Positions 13,018-27,171 of a stretch of DNA of 64,000 nucleotides are shown piece by piece; the stretch's first letter is position 1, and each line of letters opens with the position of its first letter. The DNA is taken from assembly GCF_006345805.1 (NCBI RefSeq), contig NC_042997.1:163246001-163310000 (forward strand). Direction: 5' to 3'. The DNA is from Octopus sinensis (Eukaryota). A model generated the notes under the pieces. It was not told where the DNA came from, made no database searches, and worked only from the letters and a program-made list of their open reading frames with translations. A program made the position numbers and the translations under genes.

Positions 13018-13681
13018 GTTAAGCTCTATTCTCTCTCTAAAACATATTTACTCTCTCCAACAATAAGAATAGATACCGTTTATTTACTTATAGTATTCAT
13101 CTCTACTCTGTTGTGTTGACGATCTTAAATTACGATGAAATAAATCCAAGTGCAATTAGAGGGTAGACCGACAAGCAGCTTGTATGTATATCGATGTCTA
13201 GCCATGTGCTTAATTTTACATGCAACTCTGCATTCGATTAAGTTAATAAGTTGTGCATATTGTCTGTGTATTAAGTAACTTCATTAATTCTATCATTGTG
13301 GTTTACAGTTCAAATAGATTTCGTTTTGAGGTGATTTTTGTTATTTTTCTTTTAAATACGTGCTAGACGATAAAGAGTTGAACTTACGATTCCTTTTAGG
13401 TTCTCCTATATTTATAGAAGGAAAGGAAAAGTTATTCCCAGACTGGAGAGCTGAATGCTCGCAACAAAGTAAACTCCGATAAAGGGCTGAGAGTTATTAA
13501 ACCGGCGGCTGCTTAAATCTTCCACTAGTGTCCAAGTATTCCTTTTTTAAATGATTCAACATAATTCCTCATGTTGTGGAGAAGGTCACCCATTAATGGG
13601 AAGGATAAAAGATGAAGTAAATTCCAAGGGGTTTAGACACGAAACACAAAAAAACGTGATTGAGTATAGCAAAGTGTTTGT

Positions 13682-14110
13682 TGGGTAGTAAAGGTCATGG
13701 ACTGTACTCGCTTTTGGTTATTTTGGGGGGTTTTCTTTTTCTATAGAAACCCACCTTTTCGACTGCGGATCCGAATCTGCAAGAAAAAATCGGCATTTCA
13801 AAAGACCCTCAACCACAACATGTTCACTTTCTGTCACAGATGCGCTGGCAAAGTGGAGGTGGTGTTTATTTATCTACTTCGAAAAATTAAAATTTTAGCA
13901 ACTTTTTTTTTTTTCAGAATCATTATCTCCGTATTTTTCTACGTATTTCGCAAAAAAAAAAAAAAAACAAAGTGAAAAATTGGGAGGGGGTTCAAATTTT
14001 GAAATGTCGATTTTTTTGCAGATTCGGAATCTCCGCAGTCGAAAAAGTGGGTTTCTGTAGAGAAAAAAAAATCCCAGAAAGGTGGTGCAGTTCATGTCCT
14101 TTACCTCCAC
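13682..14110. mobile_element. MITE with about 120-bp imperfect terminal inverted repeats
   Basis: Left arm tagaaacccaccttttcgactgcggatccgaatctgcaag is the near reverse complement of right arm ttgcagattcggaatctccgcagtcgaaaaagtgggtttctg. Confidence 0.75.
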
Positions 14111-14859
14111 CAGTATTTGTACCCAGCTCTGCTGAGTTTGCCTTTTGTCACTAAAAACAATTTTAAAATTTAGGTAGAAGGCTAGCTGTTTTGTAAGGTA
14201 AAGACTTAATCAATACCAACAACAAAGTACTTGACTGGTTCTTTTATTTTATTGACTCTCCAAGAAAAGCAAAGTTGACATTGGTGCGATTTGAACTCAA
14301 GTTGTTAAGACCGAGAGCAAATACTGCAAGGCATTTTTTCTATTGTTCTATCAATTCTGCCAATCCACTACCTATTATTATTGAGTTCAAATTCCCCCCG
14401 TGGTCGACTTTGCCTTTCATCCTTTCGGGGTCGATATATTAACTACCAGTTGTGTACTGGGGTTGATCTAATCGACTGGCCCCCTCCCCCAAAATTTCGG
14501 GCCTTGTGCATAGAGTAGAAAAGAATTGACTAGTCCCCTCCCCCAAATTTCAAACCTTGAGCCTATAGTAGAAAGGATTATTATTATTATTGTTTCTGAT
14601 ATAGGCTAAAGGACACAAGTTGTTAGAAAGTAAGTAGAGTTGATTAAATCAATCCCCGTACCTGAACGAGGATGATTTTATTTTGTTTACCACAATTCAA
14701 ATTACAAAGTATTTAACTACACCAGTGTAAACAAAACAGAGACATACAAAAAACAAAAGATAATTTATAATAAACAATCCAAAAACTTTTACATAAACTC
14801 ATACACACTTAGACACTCACACACACAACGTAGATAGTTTCTGTTATGTAAGTGCTCTA

Positions 14860-15420
14860 ATTACTAGTTGCTCAGAAAGTACAGTTGGTAGAATAAGAAT
14901 AGGATGGAGAAAGTTCAGAGAGCTATTACGTCTATTGGCGGCAACAAAAGGTCTCTCTCTCAGAATGAAAGGCAGAATATATGGTGCTTGTGTATGAATG
15001 AACAGCAGTACTACATGATAGTGAAATGTAGGCTGTAAATGCAGAGTTCATGTGAAGGCTTTGAAAGAAAGGAAGCTAGCATGCTCCACAGGATGTGCAG
15101 TATCAGTGTGCATGTAAAATAAAGTGTAAATGTGTTGAGAGAAAAATTGGACATAAGAGATATAAGATGTGTACAAGAAAGAAGACTGCACTGGTATGGT
15201 CATGTAATGTGTATGGATGAGGACAGCTGGATAAAGAAGTGCTGATAGCCAAGTGTGGATGGAACCTGTGGAAGAGGAAGAAGTGGCACAAAGTGGTGAA
15301 AATGACCTCCATATGTTGTTGAGCATCGCAGAAGAGTTGACAAAGGACGGAGATGATTGTTCATTTGTTGTGCCTGGGAAGACCCATCCATCTAAGCAAA
15401 AATAGGGTTCTAAAGCCATG
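14860..15420 (+). mobile_element. RTE-clade LINE 3' coding fragment
   Basis: GWRKFRELLRLL..KGLSLRMKGRIYGACV...ERRLHWYGHVMCMDEDSWIKKC, with stops. Confidence 0.8.
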
Positions 15421-16124
15421 TCATTTATGTTTATGCCCTTGCATACAGTCTGTCTCTGATGAATTCCCCTGCCCAAACTGCTCTGCCTATTGCACACCCT
15501 CCCTCCACCCATGTCTACCACTCACTGCAACCTGCTCCCTTTCACACTTAGGGTATGACCACCATCTTCTCCATCATCTCTCTCTCCTCTCTTTCCAATT
15601 GAGGTAGGCATGTATCTCCTCAGCAGCAAAGCACCTGTTTCTGCCCATCATACTTTAACTCCTCATCACCTGACACAAAACCACATAAAAAGCACCCAAA
15701 GTGCACTCTGTAAAGTGGTTGGCATTAAGAAGAGCATCCAGCCATAGAATCCTGCTAAAGCAGATAGTGGAGCCTAGTAACTAAGTAGTATTACTAGTTA
15801 TGCAGTATAAAACAAATGTAGGAGAGATTAAGATAAACACAAATTTACATTATTAGTTTTACTCTTATGGTTGATTGGAATGCTGCATTGGGTGTTCCGA
15901 GTGCATTTGGAAGCATAAGTGTTTCTCATCAAAGAATGCTTTATTGTATTATGTTACAGAGAACTAGTGTTGACACTAGTTATCTGTACCCTACTGCAAT
16001 AACATGTCCCCTGAAGATCCATTCTGGTTAAGCATCCAAATGCACTTGGAAAACCTAACGCTGGGTTCCAAGCAACCATAATTTAAACTTGTATTTACCT
16101 TAATCTCTCATATATATATACACA

Positions 16125-16500
16125 TAGGCACAGGTGTGACTGTGTGGTAAGAAGCTTGCTTCCCAACCACATGGGTCCAGGTTCAGTCCCACTGCGTGAC
16201 ACCTTGGGCAAGTGTCTTCTACTATAGCCTTGGGCTGACCAAAGCCTTGTGAGTGAATTTGGTAGATGGAAACTGAAAGAAGCCTGTTGTAAATATGTAT
16301 ATATTTATGTGTCTGTGCTTGTATCCCCACCACCACTTGACAACTGGTGTTGGTGTGTTTATGTCCCTGTAACTTAGCAGTTCATTAGAATAAATACTAG
16401 ACTTTAACAAAAAATAAATCCTGAGGTTCATTTGTTTGACTAAAACCCTTCAAGGCAGTGCTCCAGCATGGTCACATTCAACTGACTGAAACAAGTAAAA
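16125..16500 (+). mobile_element. tRNA-derived SINE (family D: ...gtgtggtaagaagcttgcttcccaaccac...)
   Basis: A/B-box-like head; copies at 23715-24100, 27640-28090 (-), 37315-37730 and 57240-57400 (-). Confidence 0.8.
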
Positions 16501-16559
16501 GAATACACATACACTCAAACACTTCTTTTCCAATGACACACAAATGGCAAGAAACAGTC

Positions 16560-17030
16560 ATGGAAGGCTGTTTCCTGTCTTTGCAGCAAATTTCAACACT
16601 ACCAAATTTCTTTCCTCCAGTTCACTTAATTGGCATTCATTTAAGAAGGTAATCATTTCATTGATAATGAATATGAATATCTCTGAGAACAAGGCAAAAC
16701 ATTTGTTGGTACCAATTTCAGTACCACTGAAAACCCACCCATTTATACTATCTCTTCTGCCCATCATGAAAACTGTTTTGGTGGAAAAACAAAACATTTT
16801 CATCAATCTCCACTACAATCAAGTTTGCTAGCATCATCAGTGTCTCTAATTATCAACAGTGAGCAAGTATATATTCACTTCAATCATTCTCCTTAAAGTT
16901 ATACCAACTGACTGTTGTATACTCCCATACTTGCAGCTCATTTTATGATACTTTGTGAGAACAGTCAACTCACTACTAGTGGAATTACTGAATAGCTTTT
17001 TAAAGAAGTAATTTTGATTTTGAGATAACG
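16560..17030 (-). mobile_element. Degenerate Merlin (ISXO2/IS1595-like) transposase relic
   Basis: Minus-strand IVVEIDE followed, after a frameshift, by GRR..INGWVFSGTEIGTNKCF; resembles the Merlin VEIDES...GRR..GQWVFGG.ER.T.KCF pattern. Confidence 0.55.
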
Positions 17031-17754
17031 AATTCTTCAGGCACATTCTTTTTTAACAGTTATAGCAATTCCACTTCCTCATGCCAGCTTTCCTTGAGAC
17101 ATCCACAAAACACATGAATTTTTGATACGGCCACCATTTCTTGTTTTCAACAGTTCACCTTTTAGCCATCACATCTTTCCCTCCTCATCTCAACTTTTCA
17201 TACCTTCAAGAATCCTTTTCTTCAAAATGCATTTCTAAATTATACAAATCTAGAAGCAATATTGATGAAATATTTTTACTGGTGGCAAATATGTTCATAC
17301 AAAAGTAAAACTGCATTATCTTAGATTCTGAGAAACTGAAAGAATACAATAGGGAAATTTTCACTATTCCCATTACTTTTATTTGAGTTAAGTGATAGAG
17401 TACTGTATTAATACTTTTATTATCAAATATATGTCATTTACAGTATTTTACTCGGCTGTTCTGTAATAGTCACAAAGGAATGTTTGTAATTTGATGTAAA
17501 ACAAGTACATCGTGTGACTTTTTTTGTTTTCTTCATTAATGTTTAAATCTTTCACTGAAAGATATACACATAAATATTGTATATTATATTTTTATTATTA
17601 AATTTTTTTTTTATTTATTTTTTTATTTTATTTAAAAAAAAAATTTTTTCATATAATTATCTCAATGGTTAGAGCGTCGGGTTCACAATTATAAGGTAGT
17701 GCATTCGATTACTGGACCAGGTCGTGTTCTTGCCAAGATGCTTTATTTTAAAAA

Positions 17755-17985
17755 GGCGGTGAGCTGGCAGAACCGTTAGCACACCAGGCGAAATGCTTAG
17801 CCGTATTTCGTCTGCCATTACGTTCTGAGTTCAAATTCCGCCAAGGTCGACTTTACCTTTCATCCTTTCGGGGTTGATAAATTAAGTACCAGTTATGCAC
17901 TGGGGGTCGATGTAATCGACTTAATCCATTTGTCTGTACTTGTTTGTCCCCTCTGTGTTTAGCCCCTTGTGGGTAATAAAGAAAC
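17755..17985 (+). mobile_element. SINE family A copy directly after a truncated family-B head
   Basis: Near-identical to 4107-4342. Confidence 0.8.
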
Positions 17986-18719
17986 AGATATACACAATAT
18001 GTATGTACACACACACTCACATATACATCTGCATGAGATCTTGTTATTTGTCATCTCTTTTTGGAGGTTTGCTCTTGCAGTGAGTTTTCACCATTTCTAC
18101 CCATGTTTTCGTTGATCTTTAGCTTCTGCAGGTTCCTTCTGTATGGATGCCCTGTCACCTCTTTACCCAACTATTGTCCATCATGCACATTGTGTCTCAT
18201 TCTTTACTCAACTGTTACCCTCCATACACACTACCTCTCATTCCTCATATCTAGTTTCCTTCTCATTTCATTTGTTCTCTGTCACTCATTCATACTGACA
18301 TTACACAATCAGTGTATTTTGTTCATCTCGTTTCTCACCTGCATTTGCTCACCCTCTACCTTCAGTGCCCATGTTTTGCTGTTATGCAAGCATCACATAG
18401 TCTGACCTTCACTTAACGTGTTAACCACCATGGCTTGTTACTGGAGCTTACCATTGATGTTATGTATTTCCGGTCATACTGCATGTCATTTGATTACAAG
18501 GAAATAACTTTGTTTTGCATTTTTACAGTATTTCATAATTAAACTTTAATATTTAACACTCATGTTATTTAAATATTCTTGGAACTATGTCAAAGATACA
18601 TCATCATTTAATATCTGTTGACCATGCTGGCATGGGTTGGATGGTTTGACCAGGGCTGGCAAGCTGGAAGGTTGTACCAGACTCAAGTTTGATTTGGCAC
18701 TAAGCTACTGTTGATTCCG

Positions 18720-19130
18720 ATACACCATGGAAGATACCAGGTTGCTGCCCGACGTGCCCATTGAAATCCTCAGCCACAAAAATGAGATCATTGTCACTTG
18801 TTTTCAAGAATATCATAAAAACAGTCCTTTTGTTCACTTGGTAAATCCATTTGTGGGGTATAGGTAGAGATAATCATCACTATACTATTCTGCAAAACTA
18901 GCCTTAGCTTAAGTACTCTATTGCACACTCTGACTACCTCTATGACCTTATCCACCCATTTCTTTGCAAGAAGTATGCCCACACCACCTACCCTATCGCT
19001 GTTACCTTCTCAGAAGATTTTATACCTATGTGTCTTGCTTGTGAGGAACCTGGCTGAAGCTCCTCTCCACCTTACCTCTTGAATGCAACATACATCAACA
19101 TGCCTCCATTCAAGCATCATCTAACAAGTG
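18720..19130 (-). mobile_element. RTE LINE apurinic-endonuclease fragment
   Basis: GILLAKKWVDKVIEVVRVCNRVLKLRLVL...IISTYTPQ...KDCFYDIL. Confidence 0.8.
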
Positions 19131-19471
19131 GGGAGCTATGTAAGTCTTCAGGTACAGAAACAAGGCAGAGCTTTGTAGGGGTTTCCAGTATAAGAGAAGA
19201 GATTTCTGGTATAGGTGGTGGGGGCAGGAGTGGGTGGCTACATTGAGAATAAAAGGCCAGCTTCACTTCAAGAAATAGCAGCCAAGATAGAAAGACATGA
19301 GGGATGCAGAGAGAAAGAGATAAAGAATAAAATATTTCCTCAAATTATGAAAATCACCCTTGCTTGCATGGAAGGCGGACGTTAAATGATGATAATGATG
19401 ATGCACCACTGGTGGTGCATATGGCAGTTGTGTGAAGTTTGTGATGGGACCACTGGTGGTTAATGTGTTAA

Positions 19472-19690
19472 CCGTTTAGTGTTCAGATTATTCTATCAAA
19501 CATAATGCTTATTGATTCACATTGATTTGAATTAATCATGCATTATCTCATATCTTCAAGATTTTGATGGTGTAATTACCTAATGTAGAATAGCATTGTG
19601 GGGTAGGTGTGAGAGCCTGGATTTGGTCAGTTTGAACATAAAACAGATTAAATATTTTGGCCGGATATGGCCGGTTTAAATACTAAAGGG
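19472..19690. mobile_element. piggyBac-type MITE copy
   Basis: TTAA|CCGTTTAG...CTAAAGGG|TTAA; homologous to 8234-8451. Confidence 0.75.
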
Positions 19691-21704
19691 TTAAAGAGAA
19701 AATCTCTGTTGCCAGTAGAAGCAATACATCTATGAACCTTTTTCACTCTGTTCTTACTCTGGTTACTATGCTTTTAGAACAGCCATTCTCACTGCTTCAA
19801 TGTATATCAGGAACACAGCCTCTGTAACTCTGAATCTAATGGAAAAATTCTTAGTGCAGAGGCATGAACTAAAGAATGAAATCAGTTTACATCATAGCTC
19901 ATCCTTTACTTTAAATTTACTTGAGGAAACCCCTGCAGCAGTAGTAAGGGACCCTTTTTAGTACCAAGAATGATTTGCAAATATATAAAAGCCCAAGGAG
20001 ATGCATTAGTGCTGAAAAGAAAAAAAATGAATCTTTAATGGAATATTATAGTTAGAGGTTTGTATCATCATAAAAAATCAGTAAAAACCAAAAGCTGAGT
20101 TGTGATAATTAACCATGAAGAGAAGAAATATTTCTCATTTTAAATAGAGCCATTCATCAGAGAAGAATAAGATTTGGATTAGTGCCTTTAAATATCACTT
20201 CGGGAACTTACCAATCTACAGTAATACTAACAGATTAACTGAGAGAGAAAATTGATAATACAGTCATTAATAAATGTTTGACATATAATTTAAGATTAGC
20301 ACATGAAAAAAGGTTATCTAAATTGTTATATAACTTCTTTTTGAGAGATTTATGTGGAGGAATTGTTGTAGTTGAGATTATTTTTCTGTTTTAAATCAAA
20401 TAATCTTATTTGTGAGCTTTTTGTTAAGCATGATTGTTGTATTAATATTTTGCTAAAATGGGCCATTGGTGGTAATAACTAAGACATTGGAACAATAGAG
20501 TTGATAGTTTTTGTTTCCAGTTCAGCACCAAACTGTTCCAAGTTCGAATCCCATTTGGGCCAAATTGGTAATAATCTTGGCTTTATGCTTAGTTAAAGAA
20601 GTCAATAATGTGTCACACTCAATTGGCCTGCTAAAAATAACTGCCAAATTTCCCTTAAATCACACCCTACTGTCAAAAAAGATGACACCTATGACTACAT
20701 AAATGTAGTATTAACTACATGATACATGAAGAATAAAGGACAAAATGATCTTAACTGGAACCTTTTTGGTCATAAATCCGTTCAGATTAAGCTAACCTGG
20801 GTCAGAACATTAACAACAACTGGACCAGAAGTCAGTCATTAAGGCATGCAATATTTGTTTTAGATCACTTTTACTTTTCATCCTTCTGGGAACAATATAT
20901 AAAATACCTATCCATTACTGTGGCTAATTTCCTCCCCCACCTTTCTATGTCCTAGTGCAGACAACCTCTCTTGTACCAATGGCTTAATAAAATATACTAT
21001 TTCATGCTGCTAAGTCATCTGGCATAAAACCACCTTCCTCATTACTACCCCTACCTACAGTTGAGGGGTCTTGTCTTGTGAATTTACTTGATGATCTCAC
21101 TAGTGCTGGTGGCATGAAAAAGCACCTAAAAAACGACTTGTTGGCTCCTGTCAAGCCATCCAACCTATACCAGCATGGAAAACAGATACAACGATGATTT
21201 TATATATATAAGAGGAATGTGTTATGCTTTTTCCTATATTCTTATTACACTTATTAGCTTCTTTTTGCTTGATATAAGTATTTTTCAAGTACTATAGCTG
21301 ATATTTTGTAGTAGATTTCTGTTTATATTAGACCACACCCTATATCAGCTTTAGAATGGTGACTGAGAATGCTGTCAGTAATTTCTTGATTTTTCTGCTT
21401 TAACTCTTTGGCTTACTTAAATTCCAGTTTATTATGATGGAAGTAGTTTATTACTGGAACGACTAGTGTGTTTATGCCTACTGTCTTTGTAACATTCAGT
21501 TAAGTCTTTGATTCTTCAATATTACTCCGACCCTTCTGTAAACTCTTTCCTAATTCTTTCCATTTTTTTGTAGTGTATAAGTTTCTTCTACTGTTAAGTA
21601 TTTGTAATGGTGGTTTTGAGCTATTTCTTTGGTTTTGGTGTTTATATCTAATTTAATATTTTCAAATTTTAATGTCTTTTTTCCACAATGGTATAGGTTG
21701 GACA

Positions 21705-21990
21705 TCATCATCGTCGTTTAACGTCCGCTTTCCATGCTAGCATTGGTTGGACGGTTCAACTGGGGTCTGGCAAGCCCGAAGGCTGCACCAGGCCAGTCAG
21801 ATCTGGCAGTGTTTCTACAGCTGGATGCCCTTCCTAACGCCAACCACTCCGAGAGTGTAGTGGGTGATTTTATGTGCCACCGACACAGTTTGACAGAATC
21901 TGGTGAGTCACAGGACTTTGTCAAGCTCCAGTGTCAACTTTAGCATGGTTTCTGTGACTAGATGGCCTTCCTAACGCCAACCACTTTACA
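21705..21990 (-). mobile_element. Family C (GAT)n-tailed repeat, well preserved
   Basis: catcatcatcgtcgtttaacgtccgctttccatgctagc... Confidence 0.8.
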
Positions 21991-23714
21991 GTGCATTCTG
22001 GGTTCTTTTTTTCAGCACCACCAGCACCAGAGAGATTGCCGAGTAACTTGCAAGACAGGGAAAGAAAAAGCTTTCTTGACCAAGTGAGGAAGGGTGTATT
22101 TGAGAGGGGGAGGTGGCTTTATGCTAAGCATTAAAAGGTTAAAGTATGATGGAAAGACCGGCACAGGTGTTTTCCTATAGAGGAGATACATGGCTATTCT
22201 GCATTATATAAGGGTAGATAGGACTGTCTCTATACCCAGTCTTATGTTCAATAGGTTTGTTTATGGAACCCGAGCTAGGAAAAAGTGTAGGAAAATAATT
22301 AATCTCTCTAAAAGATTCCTCTTTTTATGCATGTAGGGTTAGTTTTAACTTTTTTCTATGCCTTGTCTTTAATACAATAACTTTGTTAGGATTGAACCTC
22401 ACTAGTTTCCCCTCACTTCTACAGAATATCGATCAGATCATTCAGTCTGTTGATATTCGAGCAATTTGTTGCTATAAAGAGAATTTTTGGCTGGTTCCTA
22501 TTACATTAATCTATTTCAGAGATCTGCCTGGGTAGTTTACTTTTCACTTATCATAGTTGTAATGATTTTTTAAAATATTTTAATTTTCTTTATTGTTTCT
22601 GTTAAATCCTCTTCAATGTTGGCTCTGGCTGTTCTGTTTACGTTTTGTTTGTTTCTAAGGTGACAGCTCGAGGTTATAATTTTGTAGAGTGTTTCTATGG
22701 TAGGGGTGGAGGACTTCTGTGATCTTGATGTTTTGGGATTTTTGTTCCTTTTCCTCTGTGTGTTTTTGATTTGCTGGTACTGTCTTCTTTGTTACTTGCA
22801 TGGCAGGGTCTGTAGTATTTATGCTTTGTTTTGTGATATTTATTGTTTGTTATGATTGTATTTGTTGTGCTACTTTCTTTCTTTATTAAAAAAAAAACTT
22901 GTTTTGTATTTGGTATATTTATGAAGCTTTCATTGGTTTGTGGTAGACTATTTTTTTTATCTCTGTTGTCAAATTTTCAATATGCATTCTGTCTATAAGT
23001 TTTTGCTTTTTTTGTTTTCAATTTTTTCAATTTTGTTCCTTGTTATAAATCTCTGTACAATCACAAGTGTATCTGCTGTAATATTTTTCTCACTTCCTTA
23101 TTATTTTCCATTCATACTTACTATGTCTCTTTTATGATGCTTATGTGTGTTGGATATAGTAAGAGTGTAATAGGAATGTAACACTTCAATGCAATATTCA
23201 CTGGTCTTGTGCTCTCTTTTAAATTTGTTTTTATTTTGGACACTAATTTTAAGAGACAAGCCTTTGTGTTTCAGAGTTCATCATTTGACAGAGAACAGCT
23301 TCTGAACAACATGTTATGAAATTCTATCTTACATCCTAGTTTAGCTGGTATTATCTTATTGCTGATTGATCTACCCCTGGTCATAGTCGGTTTGCAATTA
23401 CATCATAGAAGATCCATTTTAGCTATTTAAAACACATAAATTCACTAAAATATGGCACTCCTTACTAAAATATATTTCACAAGGTTTCAACATTTTTGTC
23501 AAACAATAATAGCCTGGTCAATGACACAGTTCTACTCATAGAATAAATTAAAAGGAAATTTAGTAGTTGTTATATTTTTAAATGACTGAAATAACTCTTC
23601 TATGATGTAATTGCTTTAATTTCAAAATGTGGCCACAGATCAAGTTACATACTAGACAAATATAGTTCTGAAGTAGTTGATTTTCTTCTTTTTTTTATTT
23701 TGTTAATAGTGTAG

Positions 23715-24100
23715 CAGGTGCAAGTGTGGCTATGTGGTTAAGAAATTTGCTTCCCAACCACATGGTTTGGAGTTCAGTCCCACTGTGTGGAACCTCAGGC
23801 AAGTGTCTTCTACTATAGCCCTGGGATGACCAAAGCATTGTGAATGGATTTGGTACACAGAAACTGAAAGAAGTCTGTCATATATATCTGTGTGTATATG
23901 CTTGTCTCCTTGTCTTGACACGGTGTGATAGTTATAAATGCATGTCCCTGTCCTACAAGTAGTGTAATTCATTTCCAATATTCTAAAAAAAAATGTGTCT
24001 GACCACAGGGAAATGTTACTGTGCTTGGCAAACACATAAGTGTTGGCAACAGAAAGGGCATACAGCCATAGAAAATCTGCCTCAGTAAACTTCATCGAAT
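23715..24100 (+). mobile_element. SINE family D copy
   Basis: Homologous to 16125-16500. Confidence 0.75.
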
Positions 24101-26029
24101 CCATTGCAAAAGTGTAGTGTGAAATAGTATATTTTGTGTTCAGTAATCACCTATAGTACATGTAACAGAAGTATCACTTGTACTTATTAGAGTTGTTCTA
24201 TTTTGTTTTGTTTGTATCCAAAGCTTCATACTGTTTAGTTTTTGTTTGCCCCACATACTGACCTCATTTACACACACTGTGGTTCAGTGATGCATTTCAT
24301 GTGATAATCATAATTAATGCATTAATGTATCACTTGTACAGGGTGTCCCAAAAGTCACTGATGGATTTCAGTTTTTAATAACTTCCTTAACTTTACAAAT
24401 AAACACAGTTGCTGCCATAGTCACTACACATTCTGGGGCTCATTTCTGAGACAGGCAGCTGTTATCCTGATTTTGTGGAGGAAAATGGTAGTGTTGGGTT
24501 TGAGAACACCTGAAGTCTCAATGGTGACCAGCAGAAATTGACAGCAGCTGGTCAGGCCCCTCTATTTATTTTTCTCTCCACTGCATTACAGATGGTGATA
24601 CCTGGGTTTGCAGTCAATGCAGCAAGGTTTTGTTTTTTATCTTTTACCAAATTTATTTCAGATTTTATGAAGAGCTAAGCTTATATCTGTCCATGGTGTT
24701 ATCCCACACTGGCAAGAACTATTCAATTTTGTGTGTAAATACCACTTTATGTTACCTGTCTGTTGTTAATAAAAGATGTAAGTTGGTAGAATTGTTACTG
24801 CTCTGGACAAAATGCATTGGTGCATTTCTTCTAACTTTACATTCTGAGTTCAAATTTCACCCAGGTGCCTTTCATCCTTTAGTGGGTTGGTAAAATAAGT
24901 ACCAGTTGTCCACAGGGGGCAATATAATCAACTAGCCCCCTCCCTCAAAGTTTTAGGCCTTGTACCTGTAAAAGAAAGGATTGTTATTATGAAGGTGACT
25001 AGCTGGCAGAATCATTAGTGTGTCAAAGTGCTTAGTGGCATTTCTTTGTTTTTTTTTACATTTTGGGATCAAATACTGTTGAGGTCAATGTTGTTTTTCA
25101 TTTTTGGGGAGCCAGTAACATAAAGTGCTAGTCAAGTACAGGGGATGGATGTGATCAACTACTACCCCTTCTCCTAAAACATCTGGCGATGTGCCAAAAT
25201 TTGGAAGAATTGTTATTAATGGAGTGAGCTGGCAGTATCAATAAGCACATCAGACAAAATGCTTAGCGACATTTTTTACTACCTCTTTACATTTTGAGTT
25301 CAACTACCACCACAGTCAACTTTGCAATTCATCCTTTTAGGGTTACTAAAGTTCCAGTCATGTACTGGGGTCAATGTAATCAGCTAACTCCATTTAGAAA
25401 GAATTGTTGTTGTTGCTGTTGTGTTGTTACAAAGATGATGATTTGTCAGAATTGTTAGCTTTGCAGTACTTTTTCTGACCCTTTATTTCTTGGGTTCAAA
25501 TCTAGCCAAGGTCAACTTTGCTTTGTATCCATCAGGGGTTGAAATTGATTTGACTAATTCCTCTCTTCAAATTTCAGACCATTTGCCTGTTCTAGCAACA
25601 ATATCCTTTGCATTCCAAGTTCATATCTTGTTGTAATTGACTTTGCTTTTTATCTTTGTAAGGTTGATAAAATACTAAATAACTACATACCAAATACTGA
25701 GGTTGATATATTTAATTATACAGGAAACAGGTGAAGGTTGGTAACTGGCAGGGCATCCAACCATTGAAAATCTGCCTCCACAAATTCTGTCTAACCCATG
25801 CAAGCATGGAAAAGTGGACGTTAAATGATGATTACTAGAAATTATTATCTTGCAGAGAACGCACAGTGTTGAGCAACAGAGATGTAATTAACAATAACTT
25901 GTGTGATAAGAAAATCACCTGATTTCAGTATGCAGTAGGTACTTTATGGCTGCATAACAGACTTGTATGATCATGTCTCTTGCAACAGCTGGGAACATTC
26001 CTGGCTGTGTGAGCCAGAGTGTAGCACTA

Positions 26030-26560
26030 TTGAAAGATAAAAAGTATACAAGTGGATCATTGGTGATAATTTCTATTCCATAGTTTTATTGGATGCAGTG
26101 TTTAAGATTTTCACCAAATTTCTAGCAAAGTGATTGACACTTGTTAGTATGGAGGTTGGAAAAGTGTAAGAACAACATGATCCTAAACACTTCTAAGCAT
26201 GACACCTTCTACTTCATGTGTAACATTATAGAGAAGGAAAGTAACAAAACCTAGCTTCAGTGGGACTCTGATTAATTTAGATCAATCAAAAATCTTTCAG
26301 TGTGGTTCATCATCGTCACTATTTGATAGCTGTCCCCAAAACAGCATGTATCAGTCCTGTTTTCAGAAGCTGGATTAAACAGGCAGACTGAACCTCTTAT
26401 TCAATCTGTCAAGTGTGTCCTCATCTTTTTTCTTTTTATATGTGCTAAATCTCAAGCTATTGCTGCAGAATCTGAGGTCCTTGTTATTCAAACTGAGACA
26501 TGAGGAAAAGTGTTTTGGCATACACAGACAAGGTTACCAAAATGGTGTTGGATGCTATGG
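26030..26560 (+). mobile_element. Degenerate L1/Tx1-like reverse-transcriptase fragment
   Basis: NFYSIVLLDAVFKIFTKFLAK*L...NIIEK...GTLINLDQSKIF resembles Tx1 NYRPISLL..DYKILAK...G.LI.LDQ.KAF. Confidence 0.45.
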
Positions 26561-26939
26561 ATGTGAAGGTAGTCAGCACCATACAAAGTATTAATGGGGA
26601 AATTAATATATGGAGTCGTTTCTGTATGTATTTAGTCTTGCTGTGAAATTAATTCAATCAACTACTCTTTTGTGAAGGCATGTGGCCTAGTGGTTAGGCT
26701 GTTGCACTCATGATCACCAGGCCATGGGTTCAGTTGCCAGACATTGTGGTCTTGAGCAAACCACTTCAAATTTCTCCACTCCCCTTTTTTATCAGAGGGG
26801 AATGTTGGCCTGCTTGCCTAACCCATGGGGTGGTGTCATTTGAAGGCTAAAACAATGCAAAAGCGCATTTATACCAAAAGAATTTTTTTTTTTTTAAATC
26901 AGTTATCTATTTCTCTGTTTCATTTACAGGCTGTGGAAA

Positions 26940-27171
26940 ATGAATAAAGAACTTTTCAACCAACTGGCAGCTCGTGTGGCTGGCATTAAACACTTGAAGG
27001 TTAATTCCCATTTGAAAATAACTGTATTTGGTGTATCCCTTGGAGTTGCACTTATAGGATTGCTCACATTGCTGTTACGGAAAAAGGAAAAGAAGAAAAG
27101 ACCCTCAGATCGGAAGAGTACTCAAACAAAATTATCACGTTCAAGAGCCGCTGTATCTGGTACAAATGGAG
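26940..27171 (+). CDS. MIGA: MIGA coding exon 1 (TM signal-anchor ITVFGVSLGVALIGLLTLLL then RKKEKKKR)
   Basis: Acceptor tttacag at 26929 implies an upstream exon; donor G|gtaatc, phase 1. Confidence 0.85.

Noticed and set aside
16125-16200. tRNA-like A/B-box sequences here and at 7390, 17665, 26675, 35140 and 37315
   Set aside because: SINE heads; no cloverleaf with acceptor stem, and they continue into repeat bodies
21200-23150. T-rich tracts possibly from an antisense LINE ORF1/endonuclease
   Set aside because: Too decayed to assign any motif
24171-24339. 13-bp direct repeat GTATCACTTGTAC 156 bp apart
   Set aside because: No recognisable element between the copies; may be chance or an old TSD
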